A stretch of DNA of 60,496 bases, counting the filler, from Candidatus Woesearchaeota archaeon (GTDB lineage Archaea > Nanobdellota > Nanobdellia > Woesearchaeales > CAZJJJ01): the NCBI GenBank assembly GCA_046538795.1. It is 5 parts of 5 records of this genome, joined end to end, with 100 filler letters (N's around TTAATTAATTAA, not from the genome) between each part and the next. Parts side by side here need not be neighbours in the genome. Positions count along the whole stretch, not along the records: positions 24,916 to 36,957 come from JBKHIF010000043.1; positions 37,058 to 48,986 come from JBKHIF010000044.1; 3 more parts are not named here. One strand, given 5' to 3'. Below, piece by piece: positions 27,772-38,259 of the stretch (position 1 is its first letter; the number at the start of each line of letters is the position of its first letter). Made by a program: the position numbers and the translations under genes. The notes under the pieces were generated by a model. That model worked only from the letters and a program-made list of their open reading frames with translations. It was not told where the DNA came from and made no database searches.

Positions 27772-28011
27772 ATGTCAAAAATAATAGTCTATTCTACACC
27801 AACGTGCCCGCATTGCCATCATGTCAAGGATTTCCTTGCAGAACACAATGTAGAGTTTGATGATATTAATGTGGCTTCTGACCGTGAAAAAGCTCAGGAG
27901 ATGGTCAATAAATCAGGCCAGATGGGAGTTCCTGTAATCGAGATTGACGGAGAAATCATAATCGGAGCAGATTTTCCTAAAATAAAACAGATACTGGGAC
28001 TAAAAGACTAG
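27772..28011 (+). CDS. Glutaredoxin (NrdH/YruB-like)
   Basis: CPHC, GVPVI. Confidence 0.92.
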   Translation: MSKIIVYSTPTCPHCHHVKDFLAEHNVEFDDINVASDREKAQEMVNKSGQMGVPVIEIDGEIIIGADFPKIKQILGLKD

Positions 28012-28104
28012 GCAAAACCCAATCAATTTTTTTATTTTTTAGAGTAAACTTTTTAAGTGCCTTGGAATTCTCAAAGGAATAAAATAAACAGGTGAACATT
28101 CTCG

Positions 28105-28656
28105 ATGGAATTTACTTTGTCTGAAATTCAAAGCATAAGAAAGCATCTTGGTATAACCCAAAGCAGGCTCGCTATGCTTTCAGGAGTATCTCAGTCGCTT
28201 ATCGCAAAGATTGAAGCAGGCAAAATAGATCCGACTTATTCTAATGCAGAAAAGATATTATCTACATTAAAAAAACTAACCAGAAAAGAAGAAAAAAAAA
28301 TAAAGGATCTTATAAATAACAAGCTTATTACAGTAGAGATGGAAAGCACGATCGAGGAAACCACGCAAAAGATGAAAAAGCATGGAATATCTCAGGTTCC
28401 TGTTCTTGACAAATCCAGACATCCAGTGGGTCTCATTACAGAAAACAGCCTTCTTGATGCGCTTATAAATGGTAATCCTAAGACAACCCTGATAAAAGAA
28501 ATTATGCTTGAATGCCCTCCTATATTGAATTCTGACGCAAACATGAATGCAGCATTTTCGCTCCTCAGATATTATCCGATAATACTTGTAAACGAGAAAA
28601 ACAAGCTAAAAGGAATACTTACAAAAAGCGACGTAATAACCAGCATATACAAGTGA
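28105..28656 (+). CDS. XRE-HTH + CBS-pair regulator
   Basis: ITQSRLA..SGVSQSLIAKIEAG; ISQVPV; GILTKSD. Confidence 0.92.
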   Translation: MEFTLSEIQSIRKHLGITQSRLAMLSGVSQSLIAKIEAGKIDPTYSNAEKILSTLKKLTRKEEKKIKDLINNKLITVEMESTIEETTQKMKKHGISQVPVLDKSRHPVGLITENSLLDALINGNPKTTLIKEIMLECPPILNSDANMNAAFSLLRYYPIILVNEKNKLKGILTKSDVITSIYK

Positions 28657-28664
28657 ACCAACTA

Positions 28665-29393
28665 TCATGTTTCTCTTATTTTTCCAAGCTTCCCAAAAGA
28701 ATATATCTTATCGCCGCATACAAAAACTTCAAAAGAATCCACGTTATTTTTCTTCAAAAAAGGAGACAGAAGCTTTTCTTTAGAAACATCAGTTCCTTTG
28801 CTGATTGGTGAAAAACAAGGTATGACAATAAGTCTCTTATCATCATATTGTCCATCTAAAAAACACTTGTAGCGTTCTCTTCTGTATTCGTCACCAATAG
28901 TTATTGCCGGATGCTGGTGCCCGATCAAAATAGTATGCGCTTTTTTGAAATCATCATCTGAATGAACATTGTTGCCATGGCAAAAATAGTATCCATCCTT
29001 AAAATAGTAATCAAGAATCTTAAGATTCTTTTTTCCGGCCAAAGGACCAAGGATAGTATCATGGTTTCCCTTGATCAATATAATCTCTTTGGTTCGTTCC
29101 TGAAAAAAATCAATCATATCAAGAGTGTCTTTCCACTCCTGTTTTGAGATTTTTCCAAACTCATGCTTAAGATCTCCTAGTATCACTATCTCATCTGGTT
29201 TTATTTTTGAGATTATCCTTCTTAATTTTTCCTTCATGTCTTTATGCTGCTGCCTCGGAACAAGAAAACCTTGCGAATTCAGCGCCTCTTCAAGACCTAT
29301 ATGAAGATCAGTTACTACAAGCATCTTTTGCTTTTTAAGATACAAAGAAAGATCCAATAGACCGATATTACAATCAAGATCAAACATTTCCAT
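28665..29393 (-). CDS. Calcineurin-like metallophosphoesterase (SbcD/Mre11-related)
   Basis: DLHIG, GDLKH, GNHD, HG, GHQHP. Confidence 0.9.
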   Translation of the reverse strand: MEMFDLDCNIGLLDLSLYLKKQKMLVVTDLHIGLEEALNSQGFLVPRQQHKDMKEKLRRIISKIKPDEIVILGDLKHEFGKISKQEWKDTLDMIDFFQERTKEIILIKGNHDTILGPLAGKKNLKILDYYFKDGYYFCHGNNVHSDDDFKKAHTILIGHQHPAITIGDEYRRERYKCFLDGQYDDKRLIVIPCFSPISKGTDVSKEKLLSPFLKKNNVDSFEVFVCGDKIYSFGKLGKIRET

Positions 29394-29529
29394 GAAACAG
29401 AAAAAATAACCTTTTTTTATAAACTCTTTGTAAATAATCCGGCATATTATCATTGGTTCAGAGTCTAACTTTTCACTGCTGAATCAAAACAAAAATTTTA
29501 TATAAGAAATTTCCTTCACAAGTTTTACG

Positions 29530-30117
29530 ATGTGGAAGTGTCTTGTTGATTCTGAGGAACTGATAGCTTATGAGAAAGTAAAAAGCAATCTCATGGTACG
29601 TATCGAAGCAAGGCTTTCTGAAAAGATGTGGGAGATATATAAGACATATCACTCTATGACCGGAAAACTCAATTTTACAGAAGAGTATGAAGCAAACGAC
29701 CGAAAAAATGCAGTTCAGATAATAACAAAGATCAAAAAAGAAATACTAGATGAAGATAAGATAAAAAAGATACAGGCATTAAAAAAGAACTTAAGCATAA
29801 AAATAAAAAGACTCTATAAGGAGCAAAATGTCGAAAAATGGTCTTTTTCTATAAATGATGAGGATTATTCCAACTTCATAATAGTAAGATATTCTACAGA
29901 TATTGAGATGGATATACTTTCAGATGAACGCTATAAGTATGTCGAAACAGAAATACTTGACGAGATAAACAAGGTTCTTGGAATAAACGAATTTGAAACA
30001 GATATAGTCCAGAACATTTTCTTTTTCTCTAAAAAATCAGCATTCTATACATGCGACGATAATAACGATTCATTAGGCAAAGTTGAGTTGGGACTTGAAT
30101 TCAGTAAAGAAGAATAA
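29530..30117 (+). CDS. Hypothetical protein
   Basis: 195-aa ORF. Confidence 0.65.
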   Translation: MWKCLVDSEELIAYEKVKSNLMVRIEARLSEKMWEIYKTYHSMTGKLNFTEEYEANDRKNAVQIITKIKKEILDEDKIKKIQALKKNLSIKIKRLYKEQNVEKWSFSINDEDYSNFIIVRYSTDIEMDILSDERYKYVETEILDEINKVLGINEFETDIVQNIFFFSKKSAFYTCDDNNDSLGKVELGLEFSKEE

Positions 30118-30166
30118 AATATTTATTCTGGAATTAAAAAAAATCGAAATTAGAAAAAACAAATTA

Positions 30167-30448
30167 TTAACTGAAAAGTTCTAAATCAGATTCAAGATCA
30201 TCAAATTCAGACATATTAAGTTCTGAATCAAGGTTCTCAATCTCTTCTAATTCACCCATAACTTCATCTATCTCTAAATCAGTTTCATCAGATTCTTCTT
30301 TGCCGTCTTCATAATCGCCATCATCACTCATCGAAGGCGATCCATCTTCATATTCATCGTCAGAATCAGTATAATCATCTATTGGACCCATTGCACATCC
30401 TGCTGCAAAAGCCAAAATCAAAACCAATATAGGCGAAATCAATTTCAT
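30167..30448 (-). CDS. Acidic lipoprotein
   Basis: Signal peptide with AAGC lipobox; D/E-rich. Confidence 0.65.
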   Translation of the reverse strand: MKLISPILVLILAFAAGCAMGPIDDYTDSDDEYEDGSPSMSDDGDYEDGKEESDETDLEIDEVMGELEEIENLDSELNMSEFDDLESDLELFS

Positions 30449-30620
30449 AGGTAAACACCTCTTTTAATATACAAAAAAGTATATTAGAATACATAAATTA
30501 ATTTAATGTTATTTAAATGTTTCTTTTTGGTTTTTAAAGATAAGCCAAAAACAAAAGATTGATCAAGAATGAGAAAGATTAATATATGAAAAAGACCATA
30601 TTATAAATTGTTGTGAGAAT

Positions 30621-31250
30621 ATGCAGGATAAAACATTTAGCACAATTATCGCATCTATACTCATATTATTCATTACAGGTTGCTCTATTACAGGAAATGC
30701 TGTTTTTTCTCATGAGAAAGAAGATTCAAAAGAGATTGCAGAAAAATGGTTAAGATACGAGAGCCCGACATATACATTTGACGGCAGAAAAATAACATAC
30801 TTATCTTCACAGAAGATAGACAACTGCAATAATTGCTATGCTCATCATTTTTCTTTCATATCAGAACATATAGGTTACGGCAACAGGTCTGATGAACTTG
30901 ACCTTTCTGAGTTTCTTGTATCTCATCATATAGTTATCGCAACAAAAGAAAACAAGGTTATATCAGCAATTATCGATGATTCATGGGATGATCTAAGAAG
31001 CAAGGAATATGTTTTGAACACAAGGCCAGATAATGAAAAAATCTCTAAAGGCAAGGAAAATCCGCTAGAAGAAGAAATGGATATGGCAAACAGGCTAATG
31101 AAGCAGAAGCTTCTTTGCAAAATGAGAAACATGGACTGTCCTGAAACAGATAAACCTGTGTGCGCAGACACGGGAGTTACATATAAAAATGAATGCTATG
31201 CATGCAGAGACAGTGATGTAAGCTATTATTCTTATGGAGAATGCAGTTGA
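30621..31250 (+). CDS. Lipoprotein with C-terminal Kazal-like domain
   Basis: ITGC lipobox; CPETDKPVCADTGVTYKNECYAC...GEC. Confidence 0.75.
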   Translation: MQDKTFSTIIASILILFITGCSITGNAVFSHEKEDSKEIAEKWLRYESPTYTFDGRKITYLSSQKIDNCNNCYAHHFSFISEHIGYGNRSDELDLSEFLVSHHIVIATKENKVISAIIDDSWDDLRSKEYVLNTRPDNEKISKGKENPLEEEMDMANRLMKQKLLCKMRNMDCPETDKPVCADTGVTYKNECYACRDSDVSYYSYGECS

Positions 31251-31307
31251 GTTATAATCTGCACACTTCAAAATATTTAAAAACTAGACATCATTTTCTT
31301 ATATAAA

Positions 31308-33095
31308 ATGAATACAAATGGCATTAAAACACGTGAACTAAAAGAAAAATACATATCCTTTTTTCAAAGCAAAGGACACAAGAAAATAGAATCAGCTTCG
31401 CTTATTCCTGAAAACGATCCTACTGTTTTATTTACGACTGCAGGTATGCATCCTTTAGTACCGTTTCTTATGGGACAGCCTCATCCATTGGGAAAAAGAC
31501 TTACAGATGTTCAAAAATGCATAAGAACAGGAGATATTGACGAAGTTGGCGATGAATGCCACCTGACTTTTTTTGAGATGCTTGGAAACTGGAGTCTTGG
31601 AGATTATTTCAAGAAAGAAGCAATTGAAATGAGTTTTGAATTTCTTACAAAAGAACTTGAACTTCCAAAAGAAAAGCTTGCAGTAACATGTTTTGCAGGT
31701 GATTCTGATGCTCCTAAAGATGAAGAAGCATTCAATGTTTGGAAATCTCTTGGAATATCAGAAAAAAGAATAGCATTCCTTCCAAAAAAAGATAATTGGT
31801 GGGGACCTGCCGGTGAAACAGGACCATGCGGACCTGACACAGAGATGTTTTACTGGACAGGATCAGGAAATGCTCCTGAAACATTCGATCCTGAAGACAA
31901 AAAATGGGTTGAGATCTGGAACGATGTTTTCATGCAGTACAACAAGACAAAAGATGGTAAATATGCTCCTCTTGAACAAAAGAATGTTGACACAGGTCTT
32001 GGTGTGGAACGTGTTACAATGATTCTCAACCAAAAAAACAATGTCTATGAGATAGATTCTTTCCTAAACATCGTAGATAAGATAAAAGAGGTTGCAAAAA
32101 TAAGTAAAATTCGCCCTGAACATGAAAAATCAATCAGAGTTATTGCTGATCACATGAGAGCAGCCGTATTTATCTTGGGTGATGAACGAACAGTCACACC
32201 CTCAAATGTCGATCAGGGTTATATCTTAAGAAGGTTCATAAGAAGAAGCATAAGACACTTAAGATTGTTGGGAGTTGATTTCACAAGTTCAGAAAACAAT
32301 AGAACCACACAAAAGATCGCTGATGTTATCATATCACAATACAGCGAAGATTACCCTCAGATGATCGAGAAAAAAGACTACATACTTGCAGAACTTTCAA
32401 AAGAAGAGGAAAAATTCATAAGGACACTTGATAAAGGCCTCAAGGAATTTGAAAAGATATCTGGAAACAATAATATAAACGGGAAAGAGGCATTCCTTCT
32501 TTTCCAGAGCTATGGATTTCCTATCGAGATGATAGAAGAACTTGCAATTGAGAGAAATATTTCTCTTGACAAGTCTGGCTTTGAAAAAGAATATGAAAAA
32601 CATCAGGTAATCTCAAGGCAGGGTGCTGAAAATAAGTTCAAAGGAGGATTGTCAGAAGCATCTGATGTTACTAAAAAACTCCATACAGCAACACATCTTC
32701 TTAACGAAGCATTAAGAACAGTTTTAGGTCCTGATATTAAGCAGAAAGGATCAAACATTACTCCTGAAAGGTTAAGATTTGATTTTAATTTTGACCGCAA
32801 GATGACTGATGAAGAAAAAAAGAAAGTTGAAAATCTTGTAAATCAAAAGATTCAGGAAGAAATACCTGTAAAAAAAGAGCTTATGCCTCTTAAGAAAGCT
32901 CTTGATTCAGGAGCGCAGGCAGAATTTGGAGCAAGGTATCCTGAAGAGGTATGGGTATATTCAGTAGGAGATTTCTCAAAAGAGATCTGTATGGGTCCTC
33001 ATGTTGAAAATACAAAAGAATTAGGCCATTTCAGGATCAAAAAAGAAGAAAGCTCAGCTGCAGGCGTAAGAAGGATAAAAGCTGTTCTTGATTAA
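31308..33095 (+). CDS. alaS: Alanyl-tRNA ligase (short form lacking C-Ala)
   Basis: DPTVLFTTAGM, FFEMLGNWS, DTGLGVER, editing motifs HTATH and CMGPH. Confidence 0.96.
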   Translation: MNTNGIKTRELKEKYISFFQSKGHKKIESASLIPENDPTVLFTTAGMHPLVPFLMGQPHPLGKRLTDVQKCIRTGDIDEVGDECHLTFFEMLGNWSLGDYFKKEAIEMSFEFLTKELELPKEKLAVTCFAGDSDAPKDEEAFNVWKSLGISEKRIAFLPKKDNWWGPAGETGPCGPDTEMFYWTGSGNAPETFDPEDKKWVEIWNDVFMQYNKTKDGKYAPLEQKNVDTGLGVERVTMILNQKNNVYEIDSFLNIVDKIKEVAKISKIRPEHEKSIRVIADHMRAAVFILGDERTVTPSNVDQGYILRRFIRRSIRHLRLLGVDFTSSENNRTTQKIADVIISQYSEDYPQMIEKKDYILAELSKEEEKFIRTLDKGLKEFEKISGNNNINGKEAFLLFQSYGFPIEMIEELAIERNISLDKSGFEKEYEKHQVISRQGAENKFKGGLSEASDVTKKLHTATHLLNEALRTVLGPDIKQKGSNITPERLRFDFNFDRKMTDEEKKKVENLVNQKIQEEIPVKKELMPLKKALDSGAQAEFGARYPEEVWVYSVGDFSKEICMGPHVENTKELGHFRIKKEESSAAGVRRIKAVLD

Positions 33096-33841
33096 GAATA
33101 TTCAGGGAAATGATCATTTATCATATTATCAAGATATCTTGTTATTCCTTTTAAACCTAGATCATGATATTCAACTTCAAGATGTGAAAGGACAATATTT
33201 TGAGTATCTAAATAAGATTTTTCTTTTTTAACTTTTTTTTCTTTTTTCAGTTCAGAAATTCTTTCGGTTGAATCTTTTAAAAGAATCAGATCATCTATGC
33301 TTGCACCTCTCATAAGACATTTTGCAAGTCGATCTTCATTTTCCCAGAAATATTCAAAAGCCAGAAGATCTGCAACAGCTTCTTCAGAAGGCAGCCAGAT
33401 ATGTTCATATCCGGGTGCTGATTTAAATCCAGGTGTATGGGCAAACCTGTAATGCTCAAAAATAAAATCATGCCCCATTTCATGAAGTGAAGCATGCTGG
33501 ATCACCTGGCGCAGATAAAGATCAGGTATTCCATGCTCAATCTCATCATCAGTATAAGATGAATTTCTTTCATTCATTGCCAAAGCAATGTTATCTGTTC
33601 TTACATTTATTTTTCTGCCAAATCCAAAAAAGGTCATAAGACCATCTTTATAGGCCTCTTTCAATATAGGAACAAGTTCAGGAATCTCTTCCTCAATCAC
33701 ATTTATATCAGGAAAACAATCTTCAAATTTTTCCTCTACAACCTTAAAACCTTCAAGATCAAGATCATAGAGTTTTGACATAGAATTTTTGTTCTGTTCA
33801 AATGTCTCTTCGGCAAAATCAAGCATTTCTTTTCGCTGCAT
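33092..33841 (-). CDS. Hypothetical protein with a zincin-like HExxH motif
   Basis: LHEMGH ... EEAVAD. Confidence 0.55.
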   Translation of the reverse strand: MQRKEMLDFAEETFEQNKNSMSKLYDLDLEGFKVVEEKFEDCFPDINVIEEEIPELVPILKEAYKDGLMTFFGFGRKINVRTDNIALAMNERNSSYTDDEIEHGIPDLYLRQVIQHASLHEMGHDFIFEHYRFAHTPGFKSAPGYEHIWLPSEEAVADLLAFEYFWENEDRLAKCLMRGASIDDLILLKDSTERISELKKEKKVKKEKSYLDTQNIVLSHLEVEYHDLGLKGITRYLDNMINDHFPEYS

Positions 33842-33928
33842 AATGGATAAAGAATAAACATCTATTTAAATATTAATTCCAAAAAAATCGCATAATAATT
33901 AAATATAACCAAACAATTCCCTTATTTT

Positions 33929-34285
33929 ATGGAAGAAACAGAAATTTATGACCGAATTGTAAATTATCTAAGAAGACTTGATTCTCCAAAAGAGAATGAT
34001 CCAATCAGTTCTGTAAGTGAACTTAACCCAAAACAAGGCGGCCTTTGGAGAATTGTCGGCGGGATTGTTGGAGAAAATTTTCCAAACAACAGGTATGAGA
34101 TTAATGAATTTTATAATGGAAGAATGCTTGATGCAATCAGAATAGCTGTACAAATGCCTGAATTTTATTTAAGAAAAGATATTTCTCAGGATCCAGGAGA
34201 TAAAAGAAGTGGATATGTTGCACCGCTTGAGATAAAAGGACTTGGCTACGATCCAGAACTAGACACAATTGTTCTTAAAGTTTAA
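33929..34285 (+). CDS. Hypothetical protein
   Basis: 118-aa ORF with an upstream TATA-like box. Confidence 0.6.
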   Translation: MEETEIYDRIVNYLRRLDSPKENDPISSVSELNPKQGGLWRIVGGIVGENFPNNRYEINEFYNGRMLDAIRIAVQMPEFYLRKDISQDPGDKRSGYVAPLEIKGLGYDPELDTIVLKV

Positions 34286-34292
34286 ATTAGTT

Positions 34293-35477
34293 TTAATTTC
34301 TCAATATTTTTTCAAAAATATCCAGATGTTTTTCTGCAATACGATCCCACCTGTAATCTTTTGTTTTTTCGACAATATATTTCATCTTGCCTTTCACTTC
34401 AGCGTCAGAAAATATGCTTAAGACATATTTTTTTATCTGAGAAACTATGTCTTCCTGCATATTTATAGGATGACCCCCTATATCTTTTAAAACATACTTA
34501 AGTCCCCCCATATCTGCAAGTACACAAGGAACACCAAGACTCATGGCTTCGACAGCTGAAAGTCCAAAACCTTCTCCTCTTGAAGCAAGGACAAATGCAT
34601 CTGCAATATTGTAATAACCAGAGACAGAATCAACAACCCCTGTAAAGATGCAATTTTCATAAACTCCAAGTTCTCTTGCGAGATCTTTTAGTTCTGCTGC
34701 ATATCCCTGGTCAGGTCCTACAACAACAAATTTTGTCATCGGATATTGTCTTATTATTTCTGGAAGTGCTCTTATGACATATTGGCATCCCTTATATTCC
34801 ACTATGCGACCTGTATAAAGTATTATTTTTTCTGGATTGCCTAAAAAAGCAAGCAGGTCTTTTCTTTTTTCATCAGATAGTTTTTTTGGTTTTTCAATAC
34901 CATTTGGAATTGTTCTTACCTTATTTTCACATCTGTTATCAATATCAAGATATTGAGATTTATTTTCAGGAGTTAAAGCAATAAGTGCTTTTGCTTTTTT
35001 CAGGATCTTTTTTCCGAAGAAAACATCAAAAATCTTTTTAATTAATCCGAGTATGCCTCCATAATGCGCAATCACATCATGAGCAGTAAGAACATAGGGA
35101 ATATCAAGTTTTGATACAAGAACAGCCTCATAAGCCTGATATCCGTGAACATGAACAATATCAAATCTAGTCTTGTTTTTTTTGAAAAAATCAGCCATAT
35201 TTTTGTTAAGTGCAAAAGGCCAGAACTGAAAATCCGGTTTAAATCGATAGACAGGTATCCAGTCATGCTTTTCAGCATATGAATCATGATTAGTAGATTT
35301 TAAAGTAAAACCCCTGCCTGTAGAAAAACCTCTTGTATCGAGATGATTCATCGAAGTTGTTGTGACAACAGTTACCTTATGCCCTTTCTTCTTGAACTCA
35401 TGGGCAAGATTATAGCAGACCTTTTCAGAACCACCTAATGCAGGGGGATATCTGTGAGTGAGTATGCAGATTCTCAT
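34293..35477 (-). CDS. GT4 family glycosyltransferase
   Basis: YPPALGGSE, GRIVEYKG, EGFGLSAVEAM. Confidence 0.92.
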   Translation of the reverse strand: MRICILTHRYPPALGGSEKVCYNLAHEFKKKGHKVTVVTTTSMNHLDTRGFSTGRGFTLKSTNHDSYAEKHDWIPVYRFKPDFQFWPFALNKNMADFFKKNKTRFDIVHVHGYQAYEAVLVSKLDIPYVLTAHDVIAHYGGILGLIKKIFDVFFGKKILKKAKALIALTPENKSQYLDIDNRCENKVRTIPNGIEKPKKLSDEKRKDLLAFLGNPEKIILYTGRIVEYKGCQYVIRALPEIIRQYPMTKFVVVGPDQGYAAELKDLARELGVYENCIFTGVVDSVSGYYNIADAFVLASRGEGFGLSAVEAMSLGVPCVLADMGGLKYVLKDIGGHPINMQEDIVSQIKKYVLSIFSDAEVKGKMKYIVEKTKDYRWDRIAEKHLDIFEKILRN

Positions 35478-35546
35478 AATAAAGAAAAAAATCAAAGATA
35501 TTTTAAATATGTATCTGATAAAATTAGATAAAAATAGAAGTAAAGA

Positions 35547-36557
35547 TCATTTCTTCTTAGAAGATTTCTTTGCTTTGGGTTTTTCTTCTGAAGTTTCTTT
35601 TTTTGGTTCTTCTGATTTAGGAGCAAGCGATGCGCTCATCTCGCACTTCATCTTAAGCTCTTTGAATTTAAGATCAACATCTGCTTGTATCTTCTCTACG
35701 ATATCTTTTTTGTCTTCTTTCATAAGATGCTTGAATCTTCCCTGCATGCTCATCCATTCTGTTATTGGCTTTCTTTCTTTAGGTTCGTAATTAAGTTTCC
35801 AGACACCATTTTCAATCTCAAACAAAGGCCAGAAATTAGTCTCAGTAGCCATTTTTGAAAGCTTTATAGCCATATTATCAGGAGTTCTCCATCCAGGTAT
35901 GCAAGGACTCATTATGACGACAAAAGCAGGACCAGGAGTTTCTATTGCCTTTTTTGCCTTTGCTACAAGATCAATAATATTTCCAACAGATGCCTGAGCA
36001 ACATAAGGTATATGATGTGCTGCTGCTATAGCTGCTATATCTTTCTTAAACTCCTCTTTACCAGGATGCACTTTTCCTGCAGGAGTAGTCTTTGTGTCTG
36101 CACCATATGGTGTTGCAGAACTTCTTTGTATTCCTGTATTCATGTATCCTTCATTATCAAAACAGAAATAAGCAAAATCATGACCTCTTTCCATCGCACC
36201 GGAAAGGCTCTGAAGACCTATATCATAAGTTCCTCCATCTCCGCCGAAAGCTATGAACTTTACCTCTTTATCAGAAGGTATTTTTCCCTGTTTTTTAAGC
36301 GACCTGTATGCTGTCTCCACTCCGGAAATAGTGGCTCCTGCATTTTCAAAAGCATTATGTATCCATGGAACAGCCCATGCAGAGAAAGGATAAATACTAG
36401 TGCTAACTTCAAGGCAGCCTGTTGCATTTGCTACGACAACAGGATAGTCTGTCGATTTTATAACAAGGCGTGCTGCTGTCGCCTGACCGCATCCAGGGCA
36501 CATCCTGTGACCAACAGTCATCCTTTCAGGTTTTGCTGCCATCTCTTTAAAATTCAT
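35547..36557 (-). CDS. porB: Pyruvate:ferredoxin oxidoreductase beta subunit
   Basis: GHRMCPGCG, GGDGGTYDIG, DNEGYMNTGIQRS, SPC. Confidence 0.95.
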   Translation of the reverse strand: MNFKEMAAKPERMTVGHRMCPGCGQATAARLVIKSTDYPVVVANATGCLEVSTSIYPFSAWAVPWIHNAFENAGATISGVETAYRSLKKQGKIPSDKEVKFIAFGGDGGTYDIGLQSLSGAMERGHDFAYFCFDNEGYMNTGIQRSSATPYGADTKTTPAGKVHPGKEEFKKDIAAIAAAHHIPYVAQASVGNIIDLVAKAKKAIETPGPAFVVIMSPCIPGWRTPDNMAIKLSKMATETNFWPLFEIENGVWKLNYEPKERKPITEWMSMQGRFKHLMKEDKKDIVEKIQADVDLKFKELKMKCEMSASLAPKSEEPKKETSEEKPKAKKSSKKK

Positions 36558-36957
36558 TCTCTTACACCTAAATATTTGACTTTCTCAGGAATCTCTTCTT
36601 CATCCTGCATTGATTCAAGCTCAGAAAATACACCCTTTATCATCTCAGGGTTTATCTCACGCCCTCCAAGACCATATATATATTCAACAAGCTTTGGCCT
36701 GTCTTTGGATTCATAAAGCGAGCTTCTTATCTCATTAAATAACGCAGCACCCATAGCACCAAAACTTTCGCTTCTTTCAAGAACACCTACGATCTTCTTT
36801 CCAGAAAGTGCATCTATGATATGTGCTACAGGGAAAGGTCTGAAAACAGTGATCTTTAGAAGACCAACCTTTTTGCCTTCTTTCCTAAGCTCATCAACAA
36901 CATCTTTTGTTGTTCCTGCTGTTGAAGACATAGTAACTATGACAACATCGGCATCAT
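36554..36957 (-). CDS. porA: Pyruvate:ferredoxin oxidoreductase alpha subunit, C-terminal part
   Basis: KVGLLKITVFRPFP, YGLGGRE; cut by the contig end. Confidence 0.92.
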
Positions 36958-37057
36958 NNNNNNNNNNNNNNNNNNNNNNNNNNNNNNNNNNNNNNNNNNN
37001 NTTAATTAATTAANNNNNNNNNNNNNNNNNNNNNNNNNNNNNNNNNNNNNNNNNNNN
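36958..37057. other. Artificial contig linker
   Basis: N-TTAATTAATTAA-N. Confidence 0.99.
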
Positions 37058-37283
37058 AAACTAGATACATTTGTTACTCGCCAACGTGATATATTCATTA
37101 TCGATATAAATAGTTTTGATGTATTTGAAGTGGGTTTGTAAGCTGAAATATAAGTCTATCTAGTTATGGAATATATTTTGGATTTATGACTTAAAGAGGG
37201 ATTTCAAAGAAATCAAGTTGACAAAACCTGTTTAAAACATAAATTTAAATATTACATAAAATTATTCTACACAGGTGATTATC

Positions 37284-37475
37284 ATGAGTTCATTAACTAT
37301 AGAACAACTTCACGAAGATATGCTTGGTTTGAAAAAAGAAGTTAAACATTTACGTAAAGTTATTGAAGAAGACTATGAACTTGCTGATGATGTTATTGAT
37401 GATATTGAAAATTCCAAATCCCGTGACTCTAAAGAAATGATTTCTCACGAAGAAATGCGAAATGAGTTTGCTTAA
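37284..37475 (+). CDS. Putative antitoxin
   Basis: Acidic 63-aa ORF ending ISHEEMRNEF, upstream of RelE. Confidence 0.7.
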   Translation: MSSLTIEQLHEDMLGLKKEVKHLRKVIEEDYELADDVIDDIENSKSRDSKEMISHEEMRNEFA

Positions 37476-37476
37476 G

Positions 37477-37731
37477 ATGACATCTGTTGAATGGGATCCC
37501 AAAGCAAGAGAATTTCTTCGTAAACTACCCAAACATGTTTCTAGTTTTATCTTTAATAAAGTCGATAAAGAAATAATTTTGAACGTAGAAAGACACTTAG
37601 AATCTCTAGTTAAAAGAGAGGAAAAGAAGATTAGATGTGGGGATTATCGACTTTTTGTATACTATAATAAAAATAATGATCACCTCATAATACGTGCGAT
37701 AAGACATAGAAAAAATGCTTATAAAAGGTAG
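37477..37731 (+). CDS. RelE/ParE-family toxin
   Basis: KAREFLRKL, KIRCGDYRL, IRHRKNAY. Confidence 0.88.
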   Translation: MTSVEWDPKAREFLRKLPKHVSSFIFNKVDKEIILNVERHLESLVKREEKKIRCGDYRLFVYYNKNNDHLIIRAIRHRKNAYKR

Positions 37732-38115
37732 CAAGTTTTCTCGATTTTGTATAATTTGGATTATATGCGTTTGCAAATATTGTCATAGGTAAAGTATTAC
37801 TTAAAATCTATCTAAAATAGCAGGTTATATTAACAAGTATTAATAGAGTACTATTTTATGGTTCAAATAATAAACCTAAAAAACAAACTTATCGATTTTT
37901 CTCTTGAAATTGATGCAGATGCAATTGCGACAATTTTGACGATTTTAATCGTGATGATTGCCACAATAAGGGTTTTAAATCAACTGATTTAAAGCTAACG
38001 GGCACGTTCAGGGCCCATTCTATTTCTAATTGAAATTCTGAGTAATGAAGAAAATAATTAAATTGTAACTGGTCTATGATTGAAAAAGATAAGAGCTTTA
38101 AACCAGAAGTAAGAA

Positions 38116-38211
38116 AGCCTTTGGAGGGACTTGAACCCCCGATCTCCTGATTACTTTTTCAACTTTAGTTGAAATACAAGTCAGGTGCATTAGCCACTAT
38201 GCTACAAAGGC
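38116..38211 (-). tRNA. tRNA-Thr (TGT) with a 23-nt intron at 37/38 (38152-38174)
   Basis: Acceptor GCCTTTG/CAAAGGC; CCTGA-CTTGTA|A-TCAGG after splicing; intron hairpin TTCAAC-TAAA-GTTGAA. Confidence 0.93.
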
Positions 38212-38259
38212 GTAATAAGTCCAAAGAACTCGTATTTCTTTTATAAAGTTTTCTACAGT

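Noticed and set aside
31308..33095. Short AlaRS as a possible pseudogene
   Set aside because: Aminoacylation and editing motifs are intact; forms without C-Ala are known in reduced genomes.
36012..36716. 234-aa + strand ORF and the many other short antisense ORFs
   Set aside because: Shadow frames opposite well-supported genes such as porAB.
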